A DNA stretch of 64,000 nucleotides, taken from NCBI GenBank assembly GCA_937921735.1, contig CAKZTQ010000011.1, forward strand, positions 82,333 through 146,332. The letters are read 5' to 3'. This DNA comes from an uncultured archaeon (lineage in GTDB: Archaea; Hadarchaeota; Hadarchaeia; Hadarchaeales; Hadarchaeaceae). Under the pieces are notes generated by a model. The model was given only the letters and a program-made list of their open reading frames with translations. It was not told where the DNA came from and made no database searches. How positions within the stretch are numbered: the first letter of the stretch is position 1; every line of letters begins with the position of its first letter. The position numbers and the translations under genes are program-made. Shown one piece after another: positions 35,353 through 44,955 of this stretch.

Positions 35353-37296
35353 ATGGCATCCATCGCCGAGATTTTCCCCTACCCGGAGGTCCGCCCAGTT
35401 CAGGCGGAAATGATGGAGGTCATCAGGGATGCCGTGACGTCCGGCAGACACGCGGCGCTTGAGGGCTCCACCGGCATGGGTAAGACCATAGCCGTGCTCT
35501 GCGGCATCCTTGCCTCCCCCGAAGCTTCCGCGCGAAGGATAGTCTACTGCTGTCGCACGCACAAGCAGATGGATCGCGTGGTCGAGGAGCTCTGCGCCCT
35601 CCGCTCCAAGCTGCCCATCTCCGGGATTTCCATGCGGGGCCGCCGCGAGATGTGCATCAACCCGTTGGTGCGGAGGTTCACGGAGAGCGCGGCGGACGCG
35701 GCATACGCTTGTGGCATGTACAAGAAGCTCGGAAAGTGCGAGTTCTACGAGAACATGCTCGAACGCGAGCGAAGGGTTGCCGAGCTCCGCGACGCGATTT
35801 CGTCGCGCCCCACGTTCGCGGCCGACCTCATCGAGGTTTGCAAACAAGAGGGTTTCTGTCCGTACGAAGTGGCGAGGGAGGCTCTAGCGGAAGCGAAGGT
35901 GGTCGCGGCGAGCTACATTTACCTGCTCGATCCGACGATAAGGTTGCTTTTCCTGAAGAGCATGTGCGCTGACCTCTCTGACCTCATCGTGGTGCTGGAC
36001 GAAGCCCACAACTTGCCGGACATAGCCGTGGAGTTGGCTAGCGACTCACTCAGCGCGACCTCCATCGCCTCCGCCGCCCGCGAGGCCAAGGAGTTCAAGA
36101 ACGAGCTCGCGTTTCGTGCGGCGAGGTGCCTGAACGAGCTCCTCGGGGAGCTGGCGAGCGAACGGATAGGCGAGGAGGAGGGCGAGGAGCTCCTGCGCGG
36201 TCAAGAGCTCTTGGACGCGATCGCGGGGGCGTTGAAGCGAGAAGGGCTTGACTTAGGGTTAGAGGCGCTCGTCTCGTCGCTCAAGCGAATCGGCGAGGAG
36301 CACATGCTGCAAAGGATAAGGCGCGGCGAGGTCCCCCGCTCGCACGTCAGGAAGCTCGGTGGGTTCTTGGAGGCGTGGATGGCGACGATGGAGGAGCCGA
36401 GCTACATACGCCTGATCTCGAAGGCTCGGGGTAAAAGGGGACAGGAAGTGATCAGATTGGAGATCCAAGCGCTCGACCCCAGGGTCATAACCAAGCCGTT
36501 GATCGAGGGCGCGTATGCCACGATAAGCATGTCGGGCACTCTGGTCCCCTTGGAAGCCTACAGGGACATCGTGGGCCTGCCCGAGGATACGATCGTCGCC
36601 CAGTACCCATCGCCTTTTAAGGAGGAGAACGTGCTCGCGGTCGTCGTTCGCGGCGTCACGACCAAGGAGACCCATCGCGGGCCGGAGATGTACGCGAGGC
36701 TCGCCGAGCTGGTAGCCGAGGCCGTCGAGGCCGTCCCCGCAAACGTGGGCGTGTTCACAGCCAGTTACGAGGTGCTCGAGGGCCTGTTGGCGGCTGGGTT
36801 AGAGGCAAAAGTGAGTAAAAAACTGTTCGTGGAGGAAAGGGAGATGTCATCCTCGAAGAACGATAGGTTGGTGAGGGATTTCAAGTCCTGCGCGGATAGT
36901 GGCGGGGCCGTGCTTTTGGGGGTGATCGGGGGCAGGAACGCCGAGGGCGGGGATTTCCCCGGAAACCAGATGAACGCCGTGGTGGTGGTCGGTATCCCCT
37001 ACGCGAGGCCCGCTGAGCGCGTCAGGGCGATGGTGGATTACTACGAATCCCAGTTCCCTGGCAAGGGGATGTTTTACGGTTATTACCTGCCCGCGCACAG
37101 GCGAATGTGCCAAGCGGCAGGTCGGGCACATCGCCTGCTCACCGATAGGGCTGCCGTCATCTTCTTGGACTGGAGGGTCGCGACGGCCTTCGTCAAGCGC
37201 AGCATCCCCAGCTGGCTACGGAGCAGGCTCGAGGTGATGCGCGGCGAACCCGGGGAGCTCTCCCGACGCTTGAGGGAGTTCTTCGGCCGGAGATGA
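35353..37296 (+). CDS. xpd: XPD/Rad3-family Fe-S DNA helicase
   Basis: 647 aa. Walker A EGSTGMGKT, DEAH box VLDEAHNL, four Fe-S domain cysteines (MCINP, YACGMY, GKCEFY, GFCPYE) and a C-terminal helicase motif QAAGRAHR. Confidence 0.9.
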   Translation: MASIAEIFPYPEVRPVQAEMMEVIRDAVTSGRHAALEGSTGMGKTIAVLCGILASPEASARRIVYCCRTHKQMDRVVEELCALRSKLPISGISMRGRREMCINPLVRRFTESAADAAYACGMYKKLGKCEFYENMLERERRVAELRDAISSRPTFAADLIEVCKQEGFCPYEVAREALAEAKVVAASYIYLLDPTIRLLFLKSMCADLSDLIVVLDEAHNLPDIAVELASDSLSATSIASAAREAKEFKNELAFRAARCLNELLGELASERIGEEEGEELLRGQELLDAIAGALKREGLDLGLEALVSSLKRIGEEHMLQRIRRGEVPRSHVRKLGGFLEAWMATMEEPSYIRLISKARGKRGQEVIRLEIQALDPRVITKPLIEGAYATISMSGTLVPLEAYRDIVGLPEDTIVAQYPSPFKEENVLAVVVRGVTTKETHRGPEMYARLAELVAEAVEAVPANVGVFTASYEVLEGLLAAGLEAKVSKKLFVEEREMSSSKNDRLVRDFKSCADSGGAVLLGVIGGRNAEGGDFPGNQMNAVVVVGIPYARPAERVRAMVDYYESQFPGKGMFYGYYLPAHRRMCQAAGRAHRLLTDRAAVIFLDWRVATAFVKRSIPSWLRSRLEVMRGEPGELSRRLREFFGRR

Positions 37297-37340
37297 GCGA
37301 GGCGAAAACGCTTACGTTTTGTCGTTTATATCTTGGTTCG

Positions 37341-37348
37341 AGGAGGTG
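37341..37348 (+). promoter_or_regulatory. Shine-Dalgarno-like AGGAGGTG upstream of the preferred hef start
   Basis: AGGAGGTG lies 4 nt upstream of the in-frame TTG at 37353. A TTTATAT element sits at about 37325-37331. Confidence 0.4.
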
Positions 37349-37352
37349 TTAT

Positions 37353-39602
37353 TTGGGGGCTGGCTTGCCTTATGTCCAACATCCCTTGATCAAGCCGAAT
37401 TCCATCGAGGCCAGGACATATCAGCAGGTGATCTTCGCCGCGGCCATCGAGCGGAACACGCTGGTCGTCCTCCCCACGGGCATGGGGAAGACCCAAATAG
37501 CGATAATGGTCGCCGCCCATCGCTTGGCGAGCGCGCCGGAAAGCAAGGCCCTGATGATGGCCCCAACTAAACCTCTTGCCCTGCAGCATCGCCAGAGCTT
37601 CCGCCGCTTCATGGCCCTCCCCGACCACGAGCTTCAAGTTCTGACGGGCGAGACCCCACCCGCCAAGAGGCAAGACCTATGGCAGAGGTCGCGGTTGATC
37701 TTCGCGACCCCTCAAGTGGTGGAACACGACCTGCTCGCGGGCAGGCTTTCGCTCGAGGACTTTTCCCTGTTGATCTTCGACGAGGCCCACCGCGCGGTCG
37801 GCGACTACCCCTACGCCTTCATCGCTGAGCGCTACGTGCGCGAGGCCAGAGATCCCTTAATCTTGGCGCTCACGGCATCGCCGGGCGCCGACGCGGCACG
37901 CATCGAGGAGGTAAAGCGCAACCTCTTCATCGAACACGTCGAGATCAGGACGGAAAGGGACATCGACGTCAGACCCTACGTCAAGCCCGTCGAGGTAGAA
38001 TGGCGGAGGCTGGAGCTGCCCAAGGAGTTCGTCGAGGTAAAGCAATTGCTGGAGGGACAGCTCAAGGAGCAGCTGGCTTTGCTGAAAGCTCATGGGTTCA
38101 TCCCGGATGCGCGAGGGGTGGGCAAGCGGGATCTACTCGAGGTCCAGAGGAAGATCCAGGCCGCCATGCAAGGGCTGGAGCGCCCCCCGGAGAGGTTTTA
38201 CGCGGCGCTGCTGGCTCAGGCCGTGGCCATCAGGCTCTGCCATGCGATAGAGCTGCTCGAGACCCAAGGGCTGGCCGCGCTCGAGCGCTACTTGGTAAGA
38301 CTGTTGCGGCGAGCCCGCATGCCGGGCGCCACCAAGGCGCTCAAGGCCCTGGCGGACGATCCCCGCACCTGGCGCGCCTTTCGCTCGGTCCAGAGACTGC
38401 GCGAGGGCGTCGAGCACCCGAAGCTGGAGGAGGCGGTCAAGGTGCTCAAGGCCCAGTTCGAGCGAGAGCCGAGCTCACGCGCGATAGTCTTCGCCCACTA
38501 CCGTGACTCCGTCGACAGGTTGTTCGAGGTGCTCAGCAAGCTGCCTGGGGTGAGGCCGGTCAAGTTCATCGGGCAGGCGGCTAGGGGGGCGGAAGCAGGG
38601 ATGAGCCAGAAGGAGCAAGCCCGGATCCTCGAGGCGTTCAGGGCAGGCGAATGCAACGTGTTAATAAGCACCTCCGTGGGCGAGGAGGGACTGGACATCC
38701 CGAGCGTGGAGCTCGTGCTCTTCTACGAGGCCGTGCCCAGCGAGATCAGGTACATCCAGCGGAGGGGGAGGACCGGGCGCGCCGGGCCTGGGCGGGTAGT
38801 GGTCCTGCTCGCTAAGGGGACCCGCGACGAAGCCTTTTACTGGTCCTCCGTACGAAAGGAACAGCGGATGCGCGAGGCTCTGGCGAAGGAGGTCTCGCCG
38901 CAGCGAGAGGGTCAAAAGGTGCTGAGCGATTTCATCCAGCCAGAGATCAAGGTCATCGTCGACCACCGCGAGATGGCCTCAGGCGTCGCGAGGGAGCTAT
39001 CTAAGCTGGGGGTCGAGATCGAGGCACGCCAGCTGGACGTGGGGGACTACATCCTGAGCGATCGCGTTGGAGTGGAGAGGAAAACCGTGCAAGATTTCCT
39101 GCAATCGATCGTGGACAAGCGCCTGCTGGAGCAGGCGAAGCTATTGGCTGATACCTTCGAGCGCCCGGTGCTCGTGCTCGAGGGGGAGCCCGAGGACCTC
39201 TACTCCCTCCGCGCCATCCATCCGAACGCCATAAGGGGGGCGTTGGCCGCGGTGGCGGTGGACTTGGGCATCTCGATCCTCCCCACGCGCGACGAGGCGG
39301 AGACCGCCGCGCTGCTGGCTTCGATCGCGAAGAGGGAACAGACCGAGCATGCTCGAGAGCTGGCGGTGAGGGGGGAGCCCAAGGGTCTAACGCTTCCGGA
39401 GCAGCAGAGGTTCATCGTGGAGGGGTTACCCGGCGTCTCTGCGGTGCTCGCGGAGAGACTGCTGGCGCACTTCAAGACCCCAGAGCGGGTGATGATGGCG
39501 TCCGAGGAGGAGCTTCAAGAGGTGCCGGGCATAGGAAAGGTGAAGGCGAGGGAGATAAGGCGGGTGCTCACCAGTACCTACAACCCCGACGCCGCATGCT
39601 AG
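37353..39602 (+). CDS. hef: Hef (helicase-associated endonuclease for fork-structured DNA; FANCM/XPF homologue)
   Basis: The ORF opens at 37293 (ATGA overlap with xpd), but conserved sequence begins near VQHPLIKPNSIEARTYQQ. The TTG at 37353 has a strong SD. Contains PTGMGKT, FDEAHRA, helicase-C (QRRGRTGR), the ERCC4 nuclease motif GDYILSDRVGVERKTVQDF and a C-terminal HhH2. Confidence 0.9.
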   Translation: MGAGLPYVQHPLIKPNSIEARTYQQVIFAAAIERNTLVVLPTGMGKTQIAIMVAAHRLASAPESKALMMAPTKPLALQHRQSFRRFMALPDHELQVLTGETPPAKRQDLWQRSRLIFATPQVVEHDLLAGRLSLEDFSLLIFDEAHRAVGDYPYAFIAERYVREARDPLILALTASPGADAARIEEVKRNLFIEHVEIRTERDIDVRPYVKPVEVEWRRLELPKEFVEVKQLLEGQLKEQLALLKAHGFIPDARGVGKRDLLEVQRKIQAAMQGLERPPERFYAALLAQAVAIRLCHAIELLETQGLAALERYLVRLLRRARMPGATKALKALADDPRTWRAFRSVQRLREGVEHPKLEEAVKVLKAQFEREPSSRAIVFAHYRDSVDRLFEVLSKLPGVRPVKFIGQAARGAEAGMSQKEQARILEAFRAGECNVLISTSVGEEGLDIPSVELVLFYEAVPSEIRYIQRRGRTGRAGPGRVVVLLAKGTRDEAFYWSSVRKEQRMREALAKEVSPQREGQKVLSDFIQPEIKVIVDHREMASGVARELSKLGVEIEARQLDVGDYILSDRVGVERKTVQDFLQSIVDKRLLEQAKLLADTFERPVLVLEGEPEDLYSLRAIHPNAIRGALAAVAVDLGISILPTRDEAETAALLASIAKREQTEHARELAVRGEPKGLTLPEQQRFIVEGLPGVSAVLAERLLAHFKTPERVMMASEEELQEVPGIGKVKAREIRRVLTSTYNPDAAC

Positions 39603-40756
39603 AGTCGAGCGATGGCCTCCTCGATCCTTCCCATCGCCTTTTTGATGTTGTCCATCGAGGTAGCGTAGCTGAAGCGCACGTAACCCTCGCCGTACGGTCC
39701 GAACTCGCTTCCAGGAACCGCCGCGACGCCAGCCTCGCGCAGGAGGTACTCGCAGAGTTCCATCGATTTCATCTCGAGCCCGACGATGCTCGGGAACGCG
39801 TAGAAGGCCCCCCTTGGCCTGTAGCACTCGAAGCCCTCGATGGAGTTCAGGCCGTCGACGATGACATCGCGACGTCTACGATACTCCTCGCGCATGCGCT
39901 CGACGCAATCCTGCGGCCCTCGAAGGGCGGCGATGCCCGCGACTTGGACGAAGGAAGTTGGGCAAGTGGTCGACGCCTGCTGGATTTTGACCATCTCCGC
40001 CACCAGTTCCGCTGGGGCAACCGCATAGCCAAGCCTCCAGCCCGTCATCGCGTAGGCCTTGGAGAAGCCGTTGATGTATATGGTGCGCTCGTGCATCCCG
40101 GGCAGCGAGGCGATGCTGGTGTGCTCGCCCTCGTACACTAGGCAATCGTAGATCTCGTCCGAGAGCACCCATAGCTCGCGATCTATCGCGAGGTCGGCTA
40201 TTGCTTTAAGGTCCCCCCTCTCCGCGACCGCACCCGTGGGGTTGTTGGGGTAGTTCAACAGCAGTAGCCTGGTCTTGGGCGAAAGCTTTTCTTGGATCGC
40301 CTCAACCCTCGGTCTGAAGCCGTCCTCTTGAAGAGCCTCGACGTAAACCACCCTCGCGCCCACGAGCCGCGCGATGCCCTCGTAGGTCCAGCAAGGACTC
40401 GGGATGATGACCTCATCGCCTGGATCGAGCGCGGCGGCCATAGCGCAGAAGATGGCGTGCTTGGCGCCTGGGGTGACGATCACCTCCTTTGGGCTCGCTG
40501 CGATGCCTTTCGAGGATAGGTGATCGGCGATCGCTTCTCGGAGCTCCGGCAATCCGGCGCTGGGCGTATACTTGGTCATCCCCTTCTCGAGCGCTTCGCT
40601 TGCCGCTCGCTTTACGTGCTCAGGCGTGTCGAAGTCCGGCTCGCCTACCTCCATATGGATGATGTCGCGCCCTTCCCGCTCGAGGCGCTTGGCCAAATCC
40701 AGCATCCTCAAGGTGCCGGAGGCCGGCATGGCAGCCATGCGTTTCGCCGGTCTCAT
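39599..40756 (-). CDS. Class I/II PLP aminotransferase (aspartate aminotransferase-like)
   Basis: ORF trimmed to the ATG at 40756, 4 nt after GAGGGGGA. Contains VGEPDFDTPEHV, NYPNNPTG and FSKAYAMTGWRLGY (PLP-Lys). Confidence 0.85.
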   Translation of the reverse strand: MRPAKRMAAMPASGTLRMLDLAKRLEREGRDIIHMEVGEPDFDTPEHVKRAASEALEKGMTKYTPSAGLPELREAIADHLSSKGIAASPKEVIVTPGAKHAIFCAMAAALDPGDEVIIPSPCWTYEGIARLVGARVVYVEALQEDGFRPRVEAIQEKLSPKTRLLLLNYPNNPTGAVAERGDLKAIADLAIDRELWVLSDEIYDCLVYEGEHTSIASLPGMHERTIYINGFSKAYAMTGWRLGYAVAPAELVAEMVKIQQASTTCPTSFVQVAGIAALRGPQDCVERMREEYRRRRDVIVDGLNSIEGFECYRPRGAFYAFPSIVGLEMKSMELCEYLLREAGVAAVPGSEFGPYGEGYVRFSYATSMDNIKKAMGRIEEAIARL

Positions 40757-40848
40757 ATTATCCCCCTCAGTTGTTGGAGCGGCCATTTAAAAAGGGAGCG
40801 GGCGAGGTTTTTTTACCCCCGGATTCCTGAGATAACCTGGGGCATTAT

Positions 40849-41391
40849 TTGGAGGTCCTCGAGGCGATAAGGGGGCGGCGAAGCATTCGAAAATACAAAC
40901 CCCAACCGATCCCCGATGAGGTCGTCGAGAAGATATTGGAGGCCGGTCGATGGGCCCCATCGGGCGGGAACATCCAGCCCTGGATATTCATCGTGGTGAG
41001 GGACCGAGCGACGCTGGAAATGATCCGGAAGGTCTCCCCCGGTTACCTAGGTACCGCTCCCCTCGCGATCGTAGTCTGCTCTGACAAGCAGAGGGCATTT
41101 CAGGTGGGCGGTAGGCTCGGTCGCGATTACATGACGATCGCGGACTGTGCCATGGCAGTTCAGAACATGCTCCTAGCCGCGTACGCGTTGGGCTTGGGCA
41201 CGTGCGTCGTGAAGTCGTTCTCGCCCATCGCAGTCAGGGAGATCCTCGAAATTCCAGACGGGATAGAGCCGGAACTGATCGTGGTGGTAGGATATCCGGA
41301 CGAACGACCCGTGGTCCCGCATAGGTTTTCCATAGAAGAGATAACGTATTTGGACAAGTATGGCAACAAATTCGTGAGGAAGGGGCCCTAA
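40849..41391 (+). CDS. Nitroreductase family protein
   Basis: 180 aa with a TTG start. Contains RRSIRKYKPQPIPDEVVEKILEAGRWAPSGGNIQPW. Confidence 0.85.
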   Translation: MEVLEAIRGRRSIRKYKPQPIPDEVVEKILEAGRWAPSGGNIQPWIFIVVRDRATLEMIRKVSPGYLGTAPLAIVVCSDKQRAFQVGGRLGRDYMTIADCAMAVQNMLLAAYALGLGTCVVKSFSPIAVREILEIPDGIEPELIVVVGYPDERPVVPHRFSIEEITYLDKYGNKFVRKGP

Positions 41392-41712
41392 ATGCAGGAA
41401 GAACAGCGCACCGAAGCGGAGGAGCGCCTTTTCGACATCTTAGTGTTCTTGGCGACCAGCGCTAGGGGCTGCATCGACGAGCCGCCGCTTTATGGACCAT
41501 TTAGGCTGGTCGACGCGCTCAGCAGGCTCATCGACGTCTACGGCCACGTCCCCGGTTTAAAAAAGGACCCATTTCTGACCGAGATAAAGGCGGAGATAGA
41601 CGGGAAAAAATTTTTGGTCATGAGCGACCCCGAGGGGTTTAAAAGATTCCTCGATGAGTTGGTCCGAAAATTTACGGTGGAATTGAAGAGGAGATCGGGG
41701 CAACGATCCTAG
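41392..41712 (+). CDS. Hypothetical protein, immediately downstream of the nitroreductase gene
   Basis: 106 aa. The ATG directly follows the upstream TAA. Helical. The motif LATSARGCIDEPPLYGPFRLVDALSRL looks conserved, but I cannot name the family with confidence. Confidence 0.5.
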   Translation: MQEEQRTEAEERLFDILVFLATSARGCIDEPPLYGPFRLVDALSRLIDVYGHVPGLKKDPFLTEIKAEIDGKKFLVMSDPEGFKRFLDELVRKFTVELKRRSGQRS

Positions 41713-41766
41713 CCCAGCGCTGGATGGCTTTTTATGAGCTAGAGGGGAAAAGCTACTCGGGTCCGC

Positions 41767-43341
41767 ATGCATTGGATAGACAAGGTCGCCAGGGCACTGG
41801 TGCAACGAGGCAAGCGTCACGTCATAGCGAGCGGCATCTCCATCTCGGGGCATATCCACATAGGTCATTGCAACGACGTCTTCATCGCCGATGGCATTCG
41901 AAGGGCCGTTGAGGAGCTAGGTGGCGAGGCGGAGGCGATCTGGTACGCCGATGACTTCGACCCGATGCGCCGCGTACCTTGGCCCCTGCCCGAGAGCTAC
42001 AAGCAATACTTGGGCATGCCCTACAGCAGGATACCCTCGCCGGATCCCAACTACGAGAACTTCGTGGAGTACTTCTCGAAGCCCTTCGTGGAGTCGCTTC
42101 GGGAGTTCGGCATAAAGGTAAGGGTATACTCGGGCAGCGAGGTCTACCGCAGCGGGAAGATGGCCGACCTCATAAGGACCGCACTGGAGAGGTCGGATGA
42201 GATCCGCGAGATCCTCAACCGCTTCCGCGACCGACCCCTTCCCGAGGGCTGGCTACCCTACGATGCCGTCTGCGAGAAGTGCGGCAGGTTGGCGACCACC
42301 ATAGCCTACGGCTGGCACGATGATTTCGTCGAGTATAGGTGCGAGGGTTGCGATTACGTCGCTGGCTGCGGTCACGAGGGAGAGGCGGACTTCACCAAGG
42401 GCGAAGGGAAACTGACCTGGCGCGTGGAGTGGCCCGCCCGCTGGAAGCTGCTGGGCGTGACCTGTGAACCCTTTGGCAAGGACCACGCGGTGGTGGGGGG
42501 CAGCTACGACACCGGCAAGCTCATCGCCGAGCGGGTGTTCGGCTGCGAGGCGCCCTATCCGGTACCCTACGAGTGGGTGAGCCTGAAGGGGAGGAGGATG
42601 TCCTCGTCGAAGGGGGTGGTGTTCACTTTACCGGAGTGGCTGGAGATAGCCGAGCCCGAGCTCCTGCGCTATTTCATCTTCAGGAGCAAGCCGATGAAGG
42701 CCAAGGAATTCGACCCTGGGCTACCGCTCCTGGACCTCTGCGACGAGTACGACTTGGTGGAAGGAGTCTACTTCGGCGAGGTCAGCGTGGGCGAGAGGCG
42801 AAGGGAACAGCTCAGGCGGATCTACGAACTCTCACAGGTGGGAGCCACGCCCAGCTCGAGGCCTCAAAGGGTATCCTACAGGCTCGCGGCGGTGTTGGGC
42901 CAGGTGACGCGCGACGAGGCGCACGCGGTGGAAGTGCTGGTCGCCAAGAACATCCTCGTGAAGCCGCGCGAGTTCGATGTTAAGATGGCGCTCGAACGCT
43001 TGAAGCGCGCGCGTAACTGGGTCAAGAAGTACGCTCCAGGGCACATGCGCTTCGAACTCCTCGAGCGCTTACCGGAGGAGATAAAACAAAGTTTGAGCGA
43101 TGGGCAAAAGGCGGGGTTGAAGCGGCTGGCCGCCGACCTGGGCGCGAGAGATTACAGCCCGATCGAACTTCATAACCACATCCACTCCGTAGCTCGAGAG
43201 CTTGGGGTGGAGCCCCCCTCGCTTTTTAAGGCCATATACTTGGTGCTCATAGGCAGGGATTCCGGTCCGCGCGCGGGTAACTTCCTCTTCGCCTTGGATA
43301 AGGATTTTGTGATCAAGCGCTTCGAGGAGGCCGCGTCCTAG
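41767..43341 (+). CDS. lysK: Lysine--tRNA ligase, class I
   Basis: 524 aa. HIGH-type SGHIHIGH, KMSKS-type RMSSSKG, and an internal Cys cluster CEKCGR..CEGC typical of class-I LysRS. Confidence 0.9.
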   Translation: MHWIDKVARALVQRGKRHVIASGISISGHIHIGHCNDVFIADGIRRAVEELGGEAEAIWYADDFDPMRRVPWPLPESYKQYLGMPYSRIPSPDPNYENFVEYFSKPFVESLREFGIKVRVYSGSEVYRSGKMADLIRTALERSDEIREILNRFRDRPLPEGWLPYDAVCEKCGRLATTIAYGWHDDFVEYRCEGCDYVAGCGHEGEADFTKGEGKLTWRVEWPARWKLLGVTCEPFGKDHAVVGGSYDTGKLIAERVFGCEAPYPVPYEWVSLKGRRMSSSKGVVFTLPEWLEIAEPELLRYFIFRSKPMKAKEFDPGLPLLDLCDEYDLVEGVYFGEVSVGERRREQLRRIYELSQVGATPSSRPQRVSYRLAAVLGQVTRDEAHAVEVLVAKNILVKPREFDVKMALERLKRARNWVKKYAPGHMRFELLERLPEEIKQSLSDGQKAGLKRLAADLGARDYSPIELHNHIHSVARELGVEPPSLFKAIYLVLIGRDSGPRAGNFLFALDKDFVIKRFEEAAS

Positions 43342-44045
43342 CTGTTTCCCTTAAGGCGTAGCTTTATGGCGGGGTTTTCTTTGACGAGCTGCTTGAAGAC
43401 CGCCTCGAAACTTTCGTCCGGCGCCAGCTCGCGCTGCAGAAATATGCCGGTGTGTCCCACATGCACGCGCCTCGTTAAAATGCGCACTCGCTCCCGCACT
43501 ATATCTATGCTGACGCCGACCTTCTTCGCGATCTCGGATTCGCGGCCTATGACTTGGCTCTCGATGTGCCCGTCGGGGATAGGCTCGATCAGCATCAACC
43601 GCTTATCCACGCCTGGCACCCTCACCCCCTGCTCCACCTGCTTTAGGTCAGCGGCCCCGCCGAAGTAGTAGAACTCGAGCTCCAACCGTTTCGGCTTCAT
43701 CAACGGGAAGGTGACCAAGTAGTCCTCATCGATGTAGATGTGTGCCTTAGGAAGGTGCCAAGGCGTGGCCATCACTATCTCCCTCCTTATCGGGTGGAAG
43801 CCCGCGTTTCGCAGCGCGAGCTCGATGGCATACGAGGGCTGCAGATGCAGGACGAAAACGTCCACATCGCTGCCGAGCTCCACATCTCCTCTCGCGACGC
43901 TGCCGTGCACCACGGACTCGATGCCCTGCTTAGCCAGCGCCACCATGAGGTCGCGGGCTATCGCCCTCAGTTGCCTGAAGAGCTTCCAGCGCTCCTCGCT
44001 GTAGATCACCTTCACCGAGTCCGTGATCCTAACGGGCCTGACCAT
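43338..44045 (-). CDS. Nucleotidyltransferase (Pol-beta-like) domain protein
   Basis: 235 aa with the minimal NTase motif VHGSVARGDVELGSDVDVFV. Confidence 0.6.
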   Translation of the reverse strand: MVRPVRITDSVKVIYSEERWKLFRQLRAIARDLMVALAKQGIESVVHGSVARGDVELGSDVDVFVLHLQPSYAIELALRNAGFHPIRREIVMATPWHLPKAHIYIDEDYLVTFPLMKPKRLELEFYYFGGAADLKQVEQGVRVPGVDKRLMLIEPIPDGHIESQVIGRESEIAKKVGVSIDIVRERVRILTRRVHVGHTGIFLQRELAPDESFEAVFKQLVKENPAIKLRLKGNS

Positions 44046-44049
44046 GGTA

Positions 44050-44538
44050 TCAAAGCTCTACCGCGCGATCGCCGATGACGAAGGATTTGCCCGAGAGGTG
44101 CAAGAGGGGCTTGACTTGCTCCACGTTCAGCCTCCCGCCCTTCAGGGCCCCCTTGCGCACGTTCATCGCCACCACCCGTCCAGCGACAACCACGTACTCG
44201 GGGCCTTCGTGCGTCCACTCCAGCTTGCATTCGAGGTTCACCGGGCACTCCACCACGCGGGGAGGTTTGACCTTCTCGGACGGCTCCCAATGCAGGCCAG
44301 CCTTCTCCAGCTCGTTCACGCCCCGCGGGAAGCTCCTGCTGCATATGTACATCTGCTTCTTGATCTCCGCCGTCACGAGGTTGACGACGAACTCGCCGGT
44401 TTCGCCAACGTTGTGGTACGTATCGCCCTCGTAGCCCGTGGAGAACGCCAAGATGGGCGGGTCCATCTCGACGGGCATCACGAAGGACATCGGCGCCGCG
44501 TTTATCCTACCCAACTTATCCACGGTGGTGATGAGCAC
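44050..44538 (-). CDS. Flavin reductase-like FMN-binding protein (N-terminus probably extends to about 44583)
   Basis: Contains ITTVDKLGRINAAPMSF. The conserved-looking EDFYKLLAPRPIV continues in frame upstream of the GTG at 44538 but has no canonical start codon (see finding). Confidence 0.7.
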   Translation of the reverse strand: MLITTVDKLGRINAAPMSFVMPVEMDPPILAFSTGYEGDTYHNVGETGEFVVNLVTAEIKKQMYICSRSFPRGVNELEKAGLHWEPSEKVKPPRVVECPVNLECKLEWTHEGPEYVVVAGRVVAMNVRKGALKGGRLNVEQVKPLLHLSGKSFVIGDRAVEL

Positions 44539-44593
44539 GATCGGCCTCGGCGCCAGTAGCTTGTAGAAGTCCTCCAGGGCTATGTTCGTGCGA

Positions 44594-44905
44594 TCACCTC
44601 AAGCTTTCCTCCATCCACCTCATGTAGCTTGCCGAGCCCCGCTCGATGGGCAGGGCCAGCAGCTCCGGAACCTCGTAGCTATGCAATTCCGCGACCCTCT
44701 TAAATAGGTTTTCCAGCTTCTCCTCGGAGGTCTTCATGAGCAGAAGCGCTTCCTCGCCGCGCTCCACTTTACCCTTCCAAAGATACGTCGAGGCCACATT
44801 GGGCACCACGTTCACACATGCCGCGAGTTTCTCTTCCACCACCCGCCTCGCGATGCCCTCCGCCTCGTCCCTATCCCTCGCCGTCGTGAGCACGACGTAG
44901 AACAT
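44594..44905 (-). CDS. cutA: Divalent-cation tolerance protein CutA
   Basis: 103 aa. Contains VVLTTARDRDEAEGIARRVVEEKLAACVNV, YLWKGKVE and HSYEVPE. Confidence 0.85.
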   Translation of the reverse strand: MFYVVLTTARDRDEAEGIARRVVEEKLAACVNVVPNVASTYLWKGKVERGEEALLLMKTSEEKLENLFKRVAELHSYEVPELLALPIERGSASYMRWMEESLR

Positions 44906-44955
44906 GCTTCACCCAAGGGGTTTAAGTCATAGGGCGTTATTAAAACTGCGGGAGC

